Assembly: GCA_028715215.1 (NCBI GenBank)
Contig: JAQUSF010000001.1
Location: 797-64,796, forward strand
Source of the DNA: Candidatus Zixiibacteriota bacterium
GTDB lineage: Bacteria > Zixibacteria > MSB-5A5 > GN15 > FEB-12
Reading direction: 5' to 3'
Length of the DNA stretch: 64,000 nt
Part shown: positions 45,557 through 55,236 of the stretch, in pieces
How positions within the stretch are numbered: position 1 is the first letter of the stretch
Layout: every line of letters starts with the position of its first letter
The notes under the pieces: model-generated
What the model saw: the letters and a program-made list of their open reading frames with translations, nothing else
Database searches by the model: none
What the model was told of the DNA's origin: nothing
Position numbers and translations under genes: made by a program

Positions 45557-46366
45557 TTAACTCGGCTTCACCATCTGTTTGTCTCTATTTTTAATGTAGA
45601 CATACAGCTCTCTGGCAATATATGCAATGATAATAAAGCCTACCAGCCAGAAGAAGAATTGAAACCAGCCATAGTTGGGATTGGTTTCTTCAAAGGCAAC
45701 CACCGCCCAGTCCTCGTGCATAAACTGAATACGTTGAATGAACAGGGAGATACGCGCCATCACCGTCAGCCCGAAAGAAGCACCGAAACCGATCATCAGA
45801 ATATAAATACCGATTTTAGCAATAGTTCCGAAAGCGCCCGTGTGGGCTTTGGAGAAGAAGAAATAGATCAAGCCGGCGATAGTACCGATGATAATAATTA
45901 TTTCGGAATAGGCGGCGGCGGTATCCAGAAAACCATGACCGAAGAAATTATCCCAGTGAATCTTGGACATGGCGGCATAAAGCTGCTTGTTGACCCGGTT
46001 GGACATTTCCAGAGGGATGGCCACCCCGGTAGCAATCCCGATATACATGCTTATCGGCCAGCGCGAAATCCAGGAATATTTTTTGGAAAAGCGGGTCCAC
46101 ATCAGAAGTCCCAGAATTGCCGGTATCAGGTACCAGGGTTTGGAGGAATTCAACCAGCCCAGGTACCAGTCGCCGTCCCGGAGTCGCTCCAGGAGATTGG
46201 GGACAAGACCATTGTGCCAGAGTATAACCGCCCAGTAACCGGCGGAGACACCCACCACCAGGTGTTCGGCGAATTTATAAAAGGGATTGTCCTTGTAAAG
46301 GAAGGAGAAAATCGCCAGGGTTAAAACCGCCCCGAGAGTCGTCCAGAGAAAAGTTCCAAATTCCAT
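45557..46366 (-). CDS. cassette subunit D, copy 1: uncharacterised polytopic membrane protein
   Basis: 269 aa. GGGAGG lies 8 nt upstream of the ATG. Motifs shared with D2 and D3: SFLYKDNPFYKFAEH..VGVSAGYW, W(I)SRWP, YFFFSK.HTG.FG...K.GI..LMI.FGASFG.TVM.R.SL. Confidence 0.85.
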   Translation of the reverse strand: MEFGTFLWTTLGAVLTLAIFSFLYKDNPFYKFAEHLVVGVSAGYWAVILWHNGLVPNLLERLRDGDWYLGWLNSSKPWYLIPAILGLLMWTRFSKKYSWISRWPISMYIGIATGVAIPLEMSNRVNKQLYAAMSKIHWDNFFGHGFLDTAAAYSEIIIIIGTIAGLIYFFFSKAHTGAFGTIAKIGIYILMIGFGASFGLTVMARISLFIQRIQFMHEDWAVVAFEETNPNYGWFQFFFWLVGFIIIAYIARELYVYIKNRDKQMVKPS

Positions 46367-46371
46367 TGCGA

Positions 46372-47259
46372 TTACCTCCCTTCCCGTTTCTTGCTGAATT
46401 TATCCATAAAGAAGCCAATATTACCGATGATGATAAAGAAGATAATCAAAAAGTGGGCAAACAGCTGGACTTTCATGGCTACCACCGCCTTGCCGTCGTT
46501 TTCCGCCAGTTTTTCATACTGAGCGGCGCCGAGCATACCGGCCATGTAACCAAAAATCTGTCCGGAGTTAAGATAGGGGTAGTATTCCGCACCCATAACC
46601 CCGGTAACACCCAGAGCCAGCGGGAAACCAAACCGCCCCTGACCGTATGAAATCCAGTACTCGGTACCACTGGTGCCGGAGATATTAACCACGCAGGCAA
46701 CCTGGTCGTAATTTTGAATGCCTTTCATCATGGGAATCGAGTCAATCGGTCGGCCGTAATAGTCCGCCGGAAACGGCAGGCGGAAATTGGTGCCCATTCC
46801 CAGAATCACCAGCGCCGGGTAAGGCTTGTAACCCAGAAAGCAATAATCAATGCCGTTGACTACTTCCCGTCCCATAAACTGTTTACCATGGTAAGTTTTA
46901 TCCACTTTGCAGGAATCAACGACCTCGAGAAAAGCGTTTTCCGCCATACTCGGACCGTTGGGATGCAAAGCGGTACAGATGACTCTTATATTCCTGCGGA
47001 AACACTGTTCCAGAAGAACGTAGGTCATCGGGTGCAGTTCCGCAAGGCTGGCGGGGTCATAATCAATAGCCAGAAAAACGATGGAACCGGGAGCGAGGGT
47101 ATCAACAAAATTATATACCCGCTCGACTTCCGGTTCAATCAGGATGGGGATGGAAAAAGGGGCAAAGTAAGCGGCAACACAGACGATTATCAGAAGGAGA
47201 AAAACCCAGCGCCGGTCCATCGACATCATTTTATTGAAGATATTGGTATTTTGATTCAT
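46372..47259 (-). CDS. cassette subunit C, copy 1: N-terminal TM, about 200-aa soluble domain, C-terminal TM; uncharacterised
   Basis: 295 aa. AAGGAGG lies 6 nt upstream. Motifs shared with C2 and C3: L.PGS.V.L..DYDP....E(L/V).PM, ..(I/V)(I/N)LGY(K/Q).., and a C-terminal helix (H.(L/V)II.FI(I/V)IGN(I/V).(F/Y)(F/L)). Confidence 0.85.
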   Translation of the reverse strand: MNQNTNIFNKMMSMDRRWVFLLLIIVCVAAYFAPFSIPILIEPEVERVYNFVDTLAPGSIVFLAIDYDPASLAELHPMTYVLLEQCFRRNIRVICTALHPNGPSMAENAFLEVVDSCKVDKTYHGKQFMGREVVNGIDYCFLGYKPYPALVILGMGTNFRLPFPADYYGRPIDSIPMMKGIQNYDQVACVVNISGTSGTEYWISYGQGRFGFPLALGVTGVMGAEYYPYLNSGQIFGYMAGMLGAAQYEKLAENDGKAVVAMKVQLFAHFLIIFFIIIGNIGFFMDKFSKKREGR

Positions 47260-47270
47260 TTCCAGCCTCC

Positions 47271-47936
47271 TTATCCTTTACCCATATAGCCGCGTTCGAT
47301 GCCCAGGACGACTTTGAGAGCCGTACCCACCATGCCGAGGCCGATACCGATGAGGATGGCTCTCTTGGCGGCCATATTGGGGACATTTAAAAGCCAGGCG
47401 GCGATTTTGTTCATGTATAAACCCACGGCTTCACCGAAATACGGGTTAAAACGCAACATCACCACCAGCGCCGAAACCAGAAGCATCGTCGCCAGGACAT
47501 TGCGCGCCCGGAAAGCCCGGTATGCGGCCGAAGATATAAAGAACGCCAGAAGCGAGAACATTGTCGTTTCAATCGGTACCAGGATATGGTTGAAGAAATT
47601 TCTGAACATGGGGTTGGTAAGACCCTCCTGGGTCATGAAATAAAAGCCCCACTCGCCATTCTCGTCGAAACCGGTGATGCCGAAAAACATCATGATAAAC
47701 AAAGCCGCCAGGGTTACCACCGAATAACCCCAGTCATGCCTTTTATTTTTTATTTTATCATAAGAGACATGAATCAGGGACCAGATCCCCAGAGCCATGG
47801 CAAAAATACCGATAATGTAGATCCAGTCCATCAAAAATTTGTAAATCCACTCGGAGTATTCATGAGGTGAGAAATACTGAAAGATCATGAAAACACCGAA
47901 GACGAATACGAGCAAAACAGGAATTTGTCTTTTCAT
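47271..47936 (-). CDS. cassette subunit B, copy 1: uncharacterised polytopic membrane protein
   Basis: 221 aa. Shared motifs: M(K/R)R.(I/V)P, (K/R)(K/R).DW.Y(S/A), LLAFF(I/V).SA.YRAFRA(R/K)N, A.(K/Q)RAI(L/M)IGIGLG.V...L...LGIER. Confidence 0.85.
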   Translation of the reverse strand: MKRQIPVLLVFVFGVFMIFQYFSPHEYSEWIYKFLMDWIYIIGIFAMALGIWSLIHVSYDKIKNKRHDWGYSVVTLAALFIMMFFGITGFDENGEWGFYFMTQEGLTNPMFRNFFNHILVPIETTMFSLLAFFISSAAYRAFRARNVLATMLLVSALVVMLRFNPYFGEAVGLYMNKIAAWLLNVPNMAAKRAILIGIGLGMVGTALKVVLGIERGYMGKG

Positions 47937-47950
47937 ATATTCAGCACCTC

Positions 47951-49171
47951 CTAATCCACGACCTTGAAGATTTCGATAAAGGCATTCAGATGGACGTTAA
48001 TCGCCAGAAGCCCGAGAATCATCAGGACGATAACCGCCGCCTTGGCATAATCCTGGGCTTTCAAAGAACCCAGCATAATCGGTTCGCGTCCCAGATAAGC
48101 CGAAGCCGCGTACAATTCTTCACCGATGAGGGTGTAGTCGCAGGCAACGATGAAGAAGGGCAGCTGGCCGACCTCGTCCGTACCGGCAATCTGGATCGAC
48201 CCCGCCACCGCCCCGGTTTCCGCCAGAATCAGCGATTCCGCATAGAACTTGCCCATATAAACATTGGTGGCGGGCAAATCACGCAGCATAATCCCGTTCA
48301 CGGCCGCCACGTAGGCGAACTGGTTGGTGGTAATATAGAAGACGCTGTCTTCTTTATAATTGTCCGGATGCCCGGCATCGAGATACGACGACTTGACCAC
48401 TTCCTGGGCTACCGTCATGACAATCGGGTCATAGCAGGGAACAATCAATTCCGTCTGATATTCGGCCACCTGCTTGGCTACCCGGCTCAAGATGGTGAAG
48501 GAAGCGATAGTCGAGATCATATCCGCCGTGCCCAGGCCCAGAATGTACAAAATAGGCCGGCCCATCTCGGTCGCCCGGCCGATAGCATCATCGACTGCAG
48601 CAATACCGGCCAGAGGCCGTACATAGAGCTCCGTTCCTTTCCGGGCGACACTTACAAAATATACCATCAAAGCACCAAAAATTAAGACCGCCGTTAAAAC
48701 CGGCACCCGGCCCTTATGAAACCAGTTACTGTAACTCTGAACCGGTCCGTAAACCTCCGAAGAAGTACGCACCACCGGGTCAATCGTTACGGCATCCACC
48801 CGGTAATACAGGTTGGTATTATCCGGAATATAATCACGGGACTCCTTCTCGATGGTGCCGATATCCTCAAAGCGTTCGTTTCCCAAAGGAACGGAACCAA
48901 CCATCTTGAAGGCGCTGTCGGGAAATTCCGAACGGAAAATCTCGTACAGCATGACCGCATTACTGCCGGCGCCGTCATCGAGCGAGCGTTTCCATTCGAT
49001 AATCAGGGCATGACCATGGTCGTTAGCCTTATCGGAAACGGCAACCTCCGTCACCGGAGCCGGAGGAGCCGGAACCGGTGCCAGGCTGTCGGTCACCACC
49101 GGGTCGACCTGGCCGATTACGGCCGAGAAAGTAATTAAAATAAGAGAAAATATTATCAGAATATATCTCAT
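47951..49171 (-). CDS. cassette subunit A, copy 1: signal peptide + Fn3-like ectodomain + TM + conserved C-terminal membrane domain; uncharacterised
   Basis: 406 aa. Signal is MRYILIIFSLILITFSAVIG. Fn3-like region is ..ALIIEWKRSLDDG....LYEIFRSE.......YYRVDAV. Shared motifs: AGIAAVDDAIGRATEMGRPILYI, FYAESLILAETG, IQIAGT, QLPFFIVACDYTLIGEELYAASAYL. Confidence 0.85.
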   Translation of the reverse strand: MRYILIIFSLILITFSAVIGQVDPVVTDSLAPVPAPPAPVTEVAVSDKANDHGHALIIEWKRSLDDGAGSNAVMLYEIFRSEFPDSAFKMVGSVPLGNERFEDIGTIEKESRDYIPDNTNLYYRVDAVTIDPVVRTSSEVYGPVQSYSNWFHKGRVPVLTAVLIFGALMVYFVSVARKGTELYVRPLAGIAAVDDAIGRATEMGRPILYILGLGTADMISTIASFTILSRVAKQVAEYQTELIVPCYDPIVMTVAQEVVKSSYLDAGHPDNYKEDSVFYITTNQFAYVAAVNGIMLRDLPATNVYMGKFYAESLILAETGAVAGSIQIAGTDEVGQLPFFIVACDYTLIGEELYAASAYLGREPIMLGSLKAQDYAKAAVIVLMILGLLAINVHLNAFIEIFKVVD

Positions 49172-49206
49172 ATTTCCTCCATAAATAACGGATACTGTTT
49201 CTATAT

Positions 49207-50019
49207 CTAAATATTAAATCCCAACCAATCTCTAAAGAGAAAAGTGATGCGGCCGACCAGAAGAGAAATACGTCCCATCACCGTGTAACCGAACGAAGCC
49301 CCGAAAGTTATCATCAAAACCCAGATGCCGAAACGGGAAGCCCGGCCGAACATCCCGGTATGCTCTTTCGAGAAAAAGAAATAAATAATGCCGCTCATAA
49401 CCCCCAGGAAAATAGTCCAGTTGGCCAGCATCATGACAAGTTGACCCGAGGCGGACAAATCCAGGTTAGAAAAGAAATGACCCGTCCCCTGCCAGTCCAC
49501 CAGCAAGGGGACGAAAGTAGCCGATATCTGCTTGATAAAGTCGGAACGAAGATAACGAATAAAATTCAAGCCGGCCGTGGTCCCGACAATAAAAGCCAGT
49601 GACCATCGGGAAATCCAGCCATAATTACGGGATAAACGCATCAACAGTAACAAACCAAGAATGACCGGAATATAAAAGCGGAAGTTAAAATCACCGGGAA
49701 TATAATGTACTTTGAAAAATACCGAGAGGTTTTGAGAAAGACGAGGTATCAGGTTACCGACAATGGTCGACCAGAAACCCATCGACATCCAGAAGGCCGC
49801 CGAAACCCCGACAAAAAGATGCTCGGCAAATTTATAAAACGGATTATCTCTATACAGGAAGGACAGAATCGACAGAGTCAGGAAAGCCGAGAAGGTAACC
49901 AGAAAAGCTTTCTTTATATAATCCTCCTGCATGCCTTCCAGAGCCAGAGCTTTAATTATCCAGCTGAGTAAAAAGAGGACCGTGACGCCCGCCATAATAA
50001 TAAGCGTTGTTTTTTTCAT
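49207..50019 (-). CDS. cassette subunit D, copy 2
   Basis: 270 aa. SFLYRDNPFYKFAEHLFVGVSAAFW, WISRWS, YFFFSKEHTGMFGRASRFGIWVLMITFGASFGYTVMGRISL. The ATG overlaps the C2 stop (ATGA). Confidence 0.85.
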   Translation of the reverse strand: MKKTTLIIMAGVTVLFLLSWIIKALALEGMQEDYIKKAFLVTFSAFLTLSILSFLYRDNPFYKFAEHLFVGVSAAFWMSMGFWSTIVGNLIPRLSQNLSVFFKVHYIPGDFNFRFYIPVILGLLLLMRLSRNYGWISRWSLAFIVGTTAGLNFIRYLRSDFIKQISATFVPLLVDWQGTGHFFSNLDLSASGQLVMMLANWTIFLGVMSGIIYFFFSKEHTGMFGRASRFGIWVLMITFGASFGYTVMGRISLLVGRITFLFRDWLGFNI

Positions 50020-50969
50020 CGCTTTCTCCCCTTCTTCCGTTCCAGCAGGTAGAGGATATTACCGATGACGATGAACGCCATAATGACGAGATGAGCCAAA
50101 GTCTGGGGACCCATCATCAGGAGAGCCGGTGTCGGTGAGTTTTTAAATTGCGGGTAGTGATGAACCAGTTCCGATTCGTACTCGGCGGCTCCCTTAATAC
50201 CGCCCAGCATACCCAGCATCTGGGCAGGATAATACGGGTACATCAAGGGTGCCACCACCGCCGCCACTCCCGAAGCGATGGGCACGTTGCCGGGGTCGCC
50301 GACAAAAAGGATCCATTCTTTGATACCCGGTTTGCCGCCGCCTATGGAAATGACTAAATCAAGGTCCTTGCAGGAACGAATCCCCTTGAACACCGCGATG
50401 CTGTCATAAGGCACGCCATCGACATCAGTGGGGAACATTTTTTTAAAATCAGTAATGATGACATTAAGCACACCTTCGTTGCCCGCCTTGTAACCGATAT
50501 TGACATAATCGACCAGGTTGACTTTATCGGGGAATTCCGGTTTGATGACGTTTTCCAGGGTACTGGTGAACTGCCCCTGGCCGGTGGCAAAAAGACACAT
50601 ATATATTATTTTAAGTCCCCGGACAAGGCAATGTCGGCTGATGGCATCCGCCATAGGCTGTACCTCCGGAGCCATCGCCGGGTCAAAATCATAAGAGAGA
50701 AGAACTACCGAGCCGGGCGGCAGGGATTCGATTTTATCAAAAACGTCTTTTACAATAGGGGTGGCTTTTTCCTGAAATACGGTAGGGAATAAAATCGGCG
50801 CAACAACGGAAACAAAAATGAACAGAAAAATAACCCGTCGTTCAACTTCCTTGCGCTTTATAGCTCTAAGGAAAAGCCACAACAGACCACCGGCGATGAC
50901 CGCCAGGGATAGAATCCGGCCGATATCGACCAGTGTCAAAGCCAGGGGAGGCATCAAATGGGAGGTCAT
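50016..50969 (-). CDS. cassette subunit C, copy 2
   Basis: 317 aa. LPPGSVVLLSYDFDPAMAPEVQPM, ..NIGYKAGNE.. and the C-terminal helix AHLVIMAFIVIGNILYLL. The ATG overlaps the B2 stop (ATGA). Confidence 0.85.
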   Translation of the reverse strand: MTSHLMPPLALTLVDIGRILSLAVIAGGLLWLFLRAIKRKEVERRVIFLFIFVSVVAPILFPTVFQEKATPIVKDVFDKIESLPPGSVVLLSYDFDPAMAPEVQPMADAISRHCLVRGLKIIYMCLFATGQGQFTSTLENVIKPEFPDKVNLVDYVNIGYKAGNEGVLNVIITDFKKMFPTDVDGVPYDSIAVFKGIRSCKDLDLVISIGGGKPGIKEWILFVGDPGNVPIASGVAAVVAPLMYPYYPAQMLGMLGGIKGAAEYESELVHHYPQFKNSPTPALLMMGPQTLAHLVIMAFIVIGNILYLLERKKGRKR

Positions 50970-51643
50970 TTGTCATCGCCTCCCAGGTAAGTCCGTTCGA
51001 TACCCAGAATCAAACGCAGTGACATCGATACCACTCCCAGACCGATACCGATCATAATCGCTCTCTGACCGGCCAGATTGGGGGAATTCATAATCCAGAT
51101 GGCCAGGTTGGGGATTTGTAAAATCGAGAAAGATTCCGGAACCCAGCCGGTCACAATGGTCCCCAGCGGCGTACGGCCGAGCAGGATAATGAAAGCAGCC
51201 ACCAGGAGAATCGTGGCTTCACGATTTTTTGCCCGGAACGCCCGGTAAGAGGCCGAAGCGACGAAAAACGCCAGTAAGGCATACATGGTTGAACCCAGCG
51301 GAACAAAAACACTGTCATAAATGGTCTGGAACAACGAACCCTGTTCGGTCAGGGAAGCATTGATATCCCCGGGATTCCCGATACGGAACAAACCGGCTGC
51401 CAGCATCAACAAAAACCCCATAATGGTCACGATGGAATACGGCCAGTCCTGTTTACGCCGGCTTAGTTTGGTCAGATGTACCCTGAGAAGATTACCTCCT
51501 CCAAGAAAAAACGCAAAGACGGCAATAATATCAAAAAAGAGGGTGAAATCCTCTCCCCAGTTTTCCATGGGCGGTATAAACACCGAGAAGATTAAAACCG
51601 CACCGACTATAAAAGTAATGGCTAAAGGGACATTTCGTTTCAT
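50966..51643 (-). CDS. cassette subunit B, copy 2
   Basis: 225 aa. LLAFFVASASYRAFRAKN, AGQRAIMIGIGLGVVSMSLRLILGIERTY. Confidence 0.85.
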   Translation of the reverse strand: MKRNVPLAITFIVGAVLIFSVFIPPMENWGEDFTLFFDIIAVFAFFLGGGNLLRVHLTKLSRRKQDWPYSIVTIMGFLLMLAAGLFRIGNPGDINASLTEQGSLFQTIYDSVFVPLGSTMYALLAFFVASASYRAFRAKNREATILLVAAFIILLGRTPLGTIVTGWVPESFSILQIPNLAIWIMNSPNLAGQRAIMIGIGLGVVSMSLRLILGIERTYLGGDDK

Positions 51644-51650
51644 AGTTCCA

Positions 51651-52904
51651 TCATGTCTTTATGGTAAAAACCTGGATTAAGAAATCCAGCACATAGCGCA
51701 CTGTCTCCAGCGGCCGGATTTCGCTAATTGTAGCCAGGATAACCGCAATAAGAATCACCAGCATGGCCAGAGCTTTCCCGACATCCTGTCCCTTGAGCGA
51801 TCCGAGCTGTTTGGGTTCGCCCGAAAGATAAGCCGAGGCGGCGAAAAGTTCCTCGCCGATGAGGGTAAAATCGCAGGCGGCGATGAAAAACGGCAACTGC
51901 GCCGGCCGGGCGGTGCCGGCAATCTGGATGGCCCCTACGGAATTACCGGTTTCGGCCAGAATCAGCGATTCGGCAAAAAAACTGCCCAGTAAAAAGATAG
52001 TGGCCGGTTTTTCCCGCACCATGATCGCGTCAACCGCCGCCACGTAGCCGAACTGCTCGTCGGTGACATAATGCACCATATCGTCACTATAGGCGTCGGG
52101 ACGACCGGCGGCCATGTAAGAGGCCTTGATGGTTTCCCGGGCGGCGGTCATCACCAGGGAACGGGACACCGGCATGTGAATTTTCGTGTCATAATCAGCC
52201 ACCACTCTCGAGACGCGCCCGAGAATCGTGATAGCCGCCAGAGTCTGAACTTCATCCATGTCATTGATACCGGGGATAAACAGAATTGACCGCCCCATCT
52301 CGGTAGCCTGGCCGATAGCATCGTCGACTGCTTCCAGGCCGGCTATTTTACGTACAAAAAGCTTTTTCCCCCGCCGGGCGGTTTCGATAAAATAAATGAC
52401 GGAGGCACTTATTATCAGGGCAATTAAAAACAGGTATTTCAAATTGAAATTCAACCACTCCCGGTGCGTTTGTATTGCCTCGGTCTTGACTGAAGCGGCG
52501 CGGGCATCAGCCGACAGGGCAACGATATAATATACATAGTTGACCCCCGTTGACAGGTCTTCATCGCGGAAGTTATTGGAGCCGGGAATAAGTTCGGTAA
52601 TTTTGTAAAACTCCCCGCCATTATCGCTCCGATAAAGCTCGTAACCGGTCACTTTCCCCACCACCGGCAGGTCGTCGACCGATGGCACCCAGGTAAGTTC
52701 CAGCGCCTCGCCGTCGTCATATTTATAATCAAAGACCACCAGCGAGGTCGGCGGGGCAATCGAAACGGCGAGGGCATCCGGGGAAGTCGTCGAAAGGGAA
52801 TCATCCGGTGCCTGTGCTTTTAATGCGGGAGAAAAAATGATGAAAAAGGCGATGGAAAAAGATGTCAGGGCAGGTAAAAACCTGAAAAGGCCGATTGTTT
52901 TCAT
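51651..52904 (-). CDS. cassette subunit A, copy 2
   Basis: ATG at 52904 gives the signal peptide MKTIGLFRFLPALTSFSIAFFIIFSPALKAQA. This is preferred to the TTG at 52937, which would overlap D3. Fn3-like region is LELTWVPS.....V.GYELYRSDNGGEFYKI......F.DEDL..GVNYVYYIVAL. Motifs: AGLEAVDDAIGQATEMG, FFAESLILAETG, IQIAGT, QLPFFIAACDFTLIGEELFAASAYL. Confidence 0.85.
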   Translation of the reverse strand: MKTIGLFRFLPALTSFSIAFFIIFSPALKAQAPDDSLSTTSPDALAVSIAPPTSLVVFDYKYDDGEALELTWVPSVDDLPVVGKVTGYELYRSDNGGEFYKITELIPGSNNFRDEDLSTGVNYVYYIVALSADARAASVKTEAIQTHREWLNFNLKYLFLIALIISASVIYFIETARRGKKLFVRKIAGLEAVDDAIGQATEMGRSILFIPGINDMDEVQTLAAITILGRVSRVVADYDTKIHMPVSRSLVMTAARETIKASYMAAGRPDAYSDDMVHYVTDEQFGYVAAVDAIMVREKPATIFLLGSFFAESLILAETGNSVGAIQIAGTARPAQLPFFIAACDFTLIGEELFAASAYLSGEPKQLGSLKGQDVGKALAMLVILIAVILATISEIRPLETVRYVLDFLIQVFTIKT

Positions 52905-52915
52905 ACTAACAGTCA

Positions 52916-53551
52916 CTACAGTATCATCCCCAGCCAATCGCTTAACAGAAAATCGATGCGGCCGATAAACAGCGACATACGACTCATTACCGTGTAACCA
53001 AAGGAAGCGCCGAAGGTAATCATGATAATCCAGATACCGAGTTTAGCGGTACGTCCGAAGGCGCCTTTATGTTCTTTGGAAAAGAAGAAATACACGAGAC
53101 CGGAAAAGGTTCCCGTGACAATAACCAGGTTGCCGATGATGGCAGCCGCCCCGGCATCAAAGCCGCTCCCGAATTGGGCGGAAAAAAGCGGCAAAATAGT
53201 GGCTTCAATTTGTTTCATGATATTAGAGGAGAAATAATTTATCAGCCACAGACCGCTGGTGGCTCCGACAATAAACGACAACGGCCAGCGGGAAATCCAG
53301 CCGATTCTGGGAACCAGCCGCAGCAGCATCAGCAGACCGAGAACCGCACCAACATAAAGATACGGACTTTCGCTCTTGTTAACCCAGAATTTCCCGTAAA
53401 AATTATCCCAGAATAAACTAACCATCCAGTAACCGGCGGAAAGGCCGATAAAAATCGATTCCGTCAATTTATACCAGGCGTTATCCTTATAAAGGAATGA
53501 AATTATCCCCAGCGTCAAAAAAGCGGCTAACCAGAGGGCGAAATGTTCCAT
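52916..53551 (-). CDS. cassette subunit D, copy 3 (shortest paralogue)
   Basis: 211 aa. SFLYKDNAWYKLTESIFIGLSAGYW, WISRWP, YFFFSKEHKGAFGRTAKLGIWIIMITFGASFGYTVMSRMSL. Confidence 0.85.
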   Translation of the reverse strand: MEHFALWLAAFLTLGIISFLYKDNAWYKLTESIFIGLSAGYWMVSLFWDNFYGKFWVNKSESPYLYVGAVLGLLMLLRLVPRIGWISRWPLSFIVGATSGLWLINYFSSNIMKQIEATILPLFSAQFGSGFDAGAAAIIGNLVIVTGTFSGLVYFFFSKEHKGAFGRTAKLGIWIIMITFGASFGYTVMSRMSLFIGRIDFLLSDWLGMIL

Positions 53552-53562
53552 GTTCCGTTTCC

Positions 53563-54573
53563 CTATTTATCCTTCAAAGCCGATTTGCGGCCGCCTAAAA
53601 AATAAGCCACGTTACCAATTATAATAAAGGCAATAATAACCATATGGGAAAAGGACTGCGAAAGCATGAACTTGGTCGCTTTGCCTTTATAATCGCATAA
53701 CAGTTCGAACTCGGCTCCCCCGTTCATTCCCCCCAAAAGGCCGACCACCTGACCCGAATTCAGGTAGGTGTACATCTGCGGAGCCTGGACGGCCGTATTC
53801 CCCAGTCCCAGCTCCACGCCGTAACGGTCCACGGCAATCTGGACCCACTCCACCGAACCGGGGAAACCGGCGGACAGGTTAAAGCTGAAATCGATATTGG
53901 AGAAATTCCTAATATTTCTGACCAGGGGCATGGAATCGTAAGGTATCCCCCGGTAATCGGACGGGAACATCGATTTAAAAGAAGACCCCATGCGCTGGAT
54001 CACGAATTCATTACCGGCCTGGTAACCGAGATTGACATAATCCTCGCCGTAACGAAGATTACGCGCTTGCATCTCCGGGTCTTCCAGAATTTTATCTATC
54101 GCTATATTCGCCTGTTGCGGTCCCTGAGGCCATAAACCCATTATTATCACCTTGAAGTCTCTCTGAAAACAGAGGCGAATAAATGATTCGCCCATGGGTT
54201 GAAGTTCCGGGGCTGAAGGGGGGTCATAATCGAAGGACACCAGCACTTTGGAACCGGGCGGCAACTTTTCCACAGCCTCGTAAAGCGACCGGACTTCCGG
54301 CGAGATGGTTATTTTCTGTGTAAACGGCATGAACAGCGGTAACGCCAGGACTATCCCGACATAGATAAAGACCACCCGTCGGCCGATAAGAGACCCTTTA
54401 ATCGTTAAGATAAGAATCAATCCCAGGGAGAGTACCAGCAGGGCGATCAAAACCCATGCCACGAGATTCGAAAAAATAATTTCCTTCCCACCGGCTATTT
54501 TCCGGAAATAAAATACCAGACTGAAAACAACTATCATGATTATTACCAGAATTTCTTTCGCACGGGTACTCAT
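53563..54573 (-). CDS. cassette subunit C, copy 3 (three N-terminal TM helices)
   Basis: 336 aa. LPPGSKVLVSFDYDPPSAPELQPM, ..NLGYQAGNE.. and the C-terminal helix SHMVIIAFIIIGNVAYFL. Confidence 0.85.
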   Translation of the reverse strand: MSTRAKEILVIIMIVVFSLVFYFRKIAGGKEIIFSNLVAWVLIALLVLSLGLILILTIKGSLIGRRVVFIYVGIVLALPLFMPFTQKITISPEVRSLYEAVEKLPPGSKVLVSFDYDPPSAPELQPMGESFIRLCFQRDFKVIIMGLWPQGPQQANIAIDKILEDPEMQARNLRYGEDYVNLGYQAGNEFVIQRMGSSFKSMFPSDYRGIPYDSMPLVRNIRNFSNIDFSFNLSAGFPGSVEWVQIAVDRYGVELGLGNTAVQAPQMYTYLNSGQVVGLLGGMNGGAEFELLCDYKGKATKFMLSQSFSHMVIIAFIIIGNVAYFLGGRKSALKDK

Positions 54574-54582
54574 GGGCTATCC

Positions 54583-55233
54583 TTATTCTCCCCCGCCGAT
54601 GTGTGACCGTTCAATACCCAGGATTACCCGCAGGCTGGTTGAGACAATGCCCAGTCCGATTCCGATCATGATAGCTCTCTGTCCGGCGGCCTGCGGGTAG
54701 TTCATCACCCATGAAGCCAGGTTGGAGAGCCGCCAACCCTCGGGCATGAAACCGGTTATGATGTCGCCCACGGGTACCCGACCCATCATAACAAAGAAGG
54801 CGGCGATTAATAACAGGGTGGCTTCAAAATTACGTGCCCGAAAAGCCCGATAAGAAGCCGAGGCGACAAAAAAGGCCAGGATGGCAAACATGGTCGCCGA
54901 AAGTGGTATATACATATAACGGTACAGCCAGTCGAAATTGGTTCCCGGAACCCGGAAATCCTTCCCTTCGACCATACCGATTATGACGATCAGCAAAAAA
55001 GAGGCTATTATGACCGCGGCATAGCCCCAGTCTTTTTTTCTGCTTATAACTTTCTGGATGGAAATCTTCATCAGGTTCAAAGCCCCGAGAACAATGGCGC
55101 AGGCGCCGATGATTGAAAACCAGTCGCTGAACCAATCGCTCATGTAACTGAAGGGAGCATGGGGAATAAAATATTGAATGACAAAACCGACACCGACAAT
55201 ACCAGTAATCAAAAGCGGAATTTCTCTGCGCAT
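54583..55233 (-). CDS. cassette subunit B, copy 3
   Basis: 216 aa. ILAFFVASASYRAFRARN, AGQRAIMIGIGLGIVSTSLRVILGIERSH. Confidence 0.85.
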   Translation of the reverse strand: MRREIPLLITGIVGVGFVIQYFIPHAPFSYMSDWFSDWFSIIGACAIVLGALNLMKISIQKVISRKKDWGYAAVIIASFLLIVIIGMVEGKDFRVPGTNFDWLYRYMYIPLSATMFAILAFFVASASYRAFRARNFEATLLLIAAFFVMMGRVPVGDIITGFMPEGWRLSNLASWVMNYPQAAGQRAIMIGIGLGIVSTSLRVILGIERSHIGGGE

Positions 55234-55236
55234 AAC

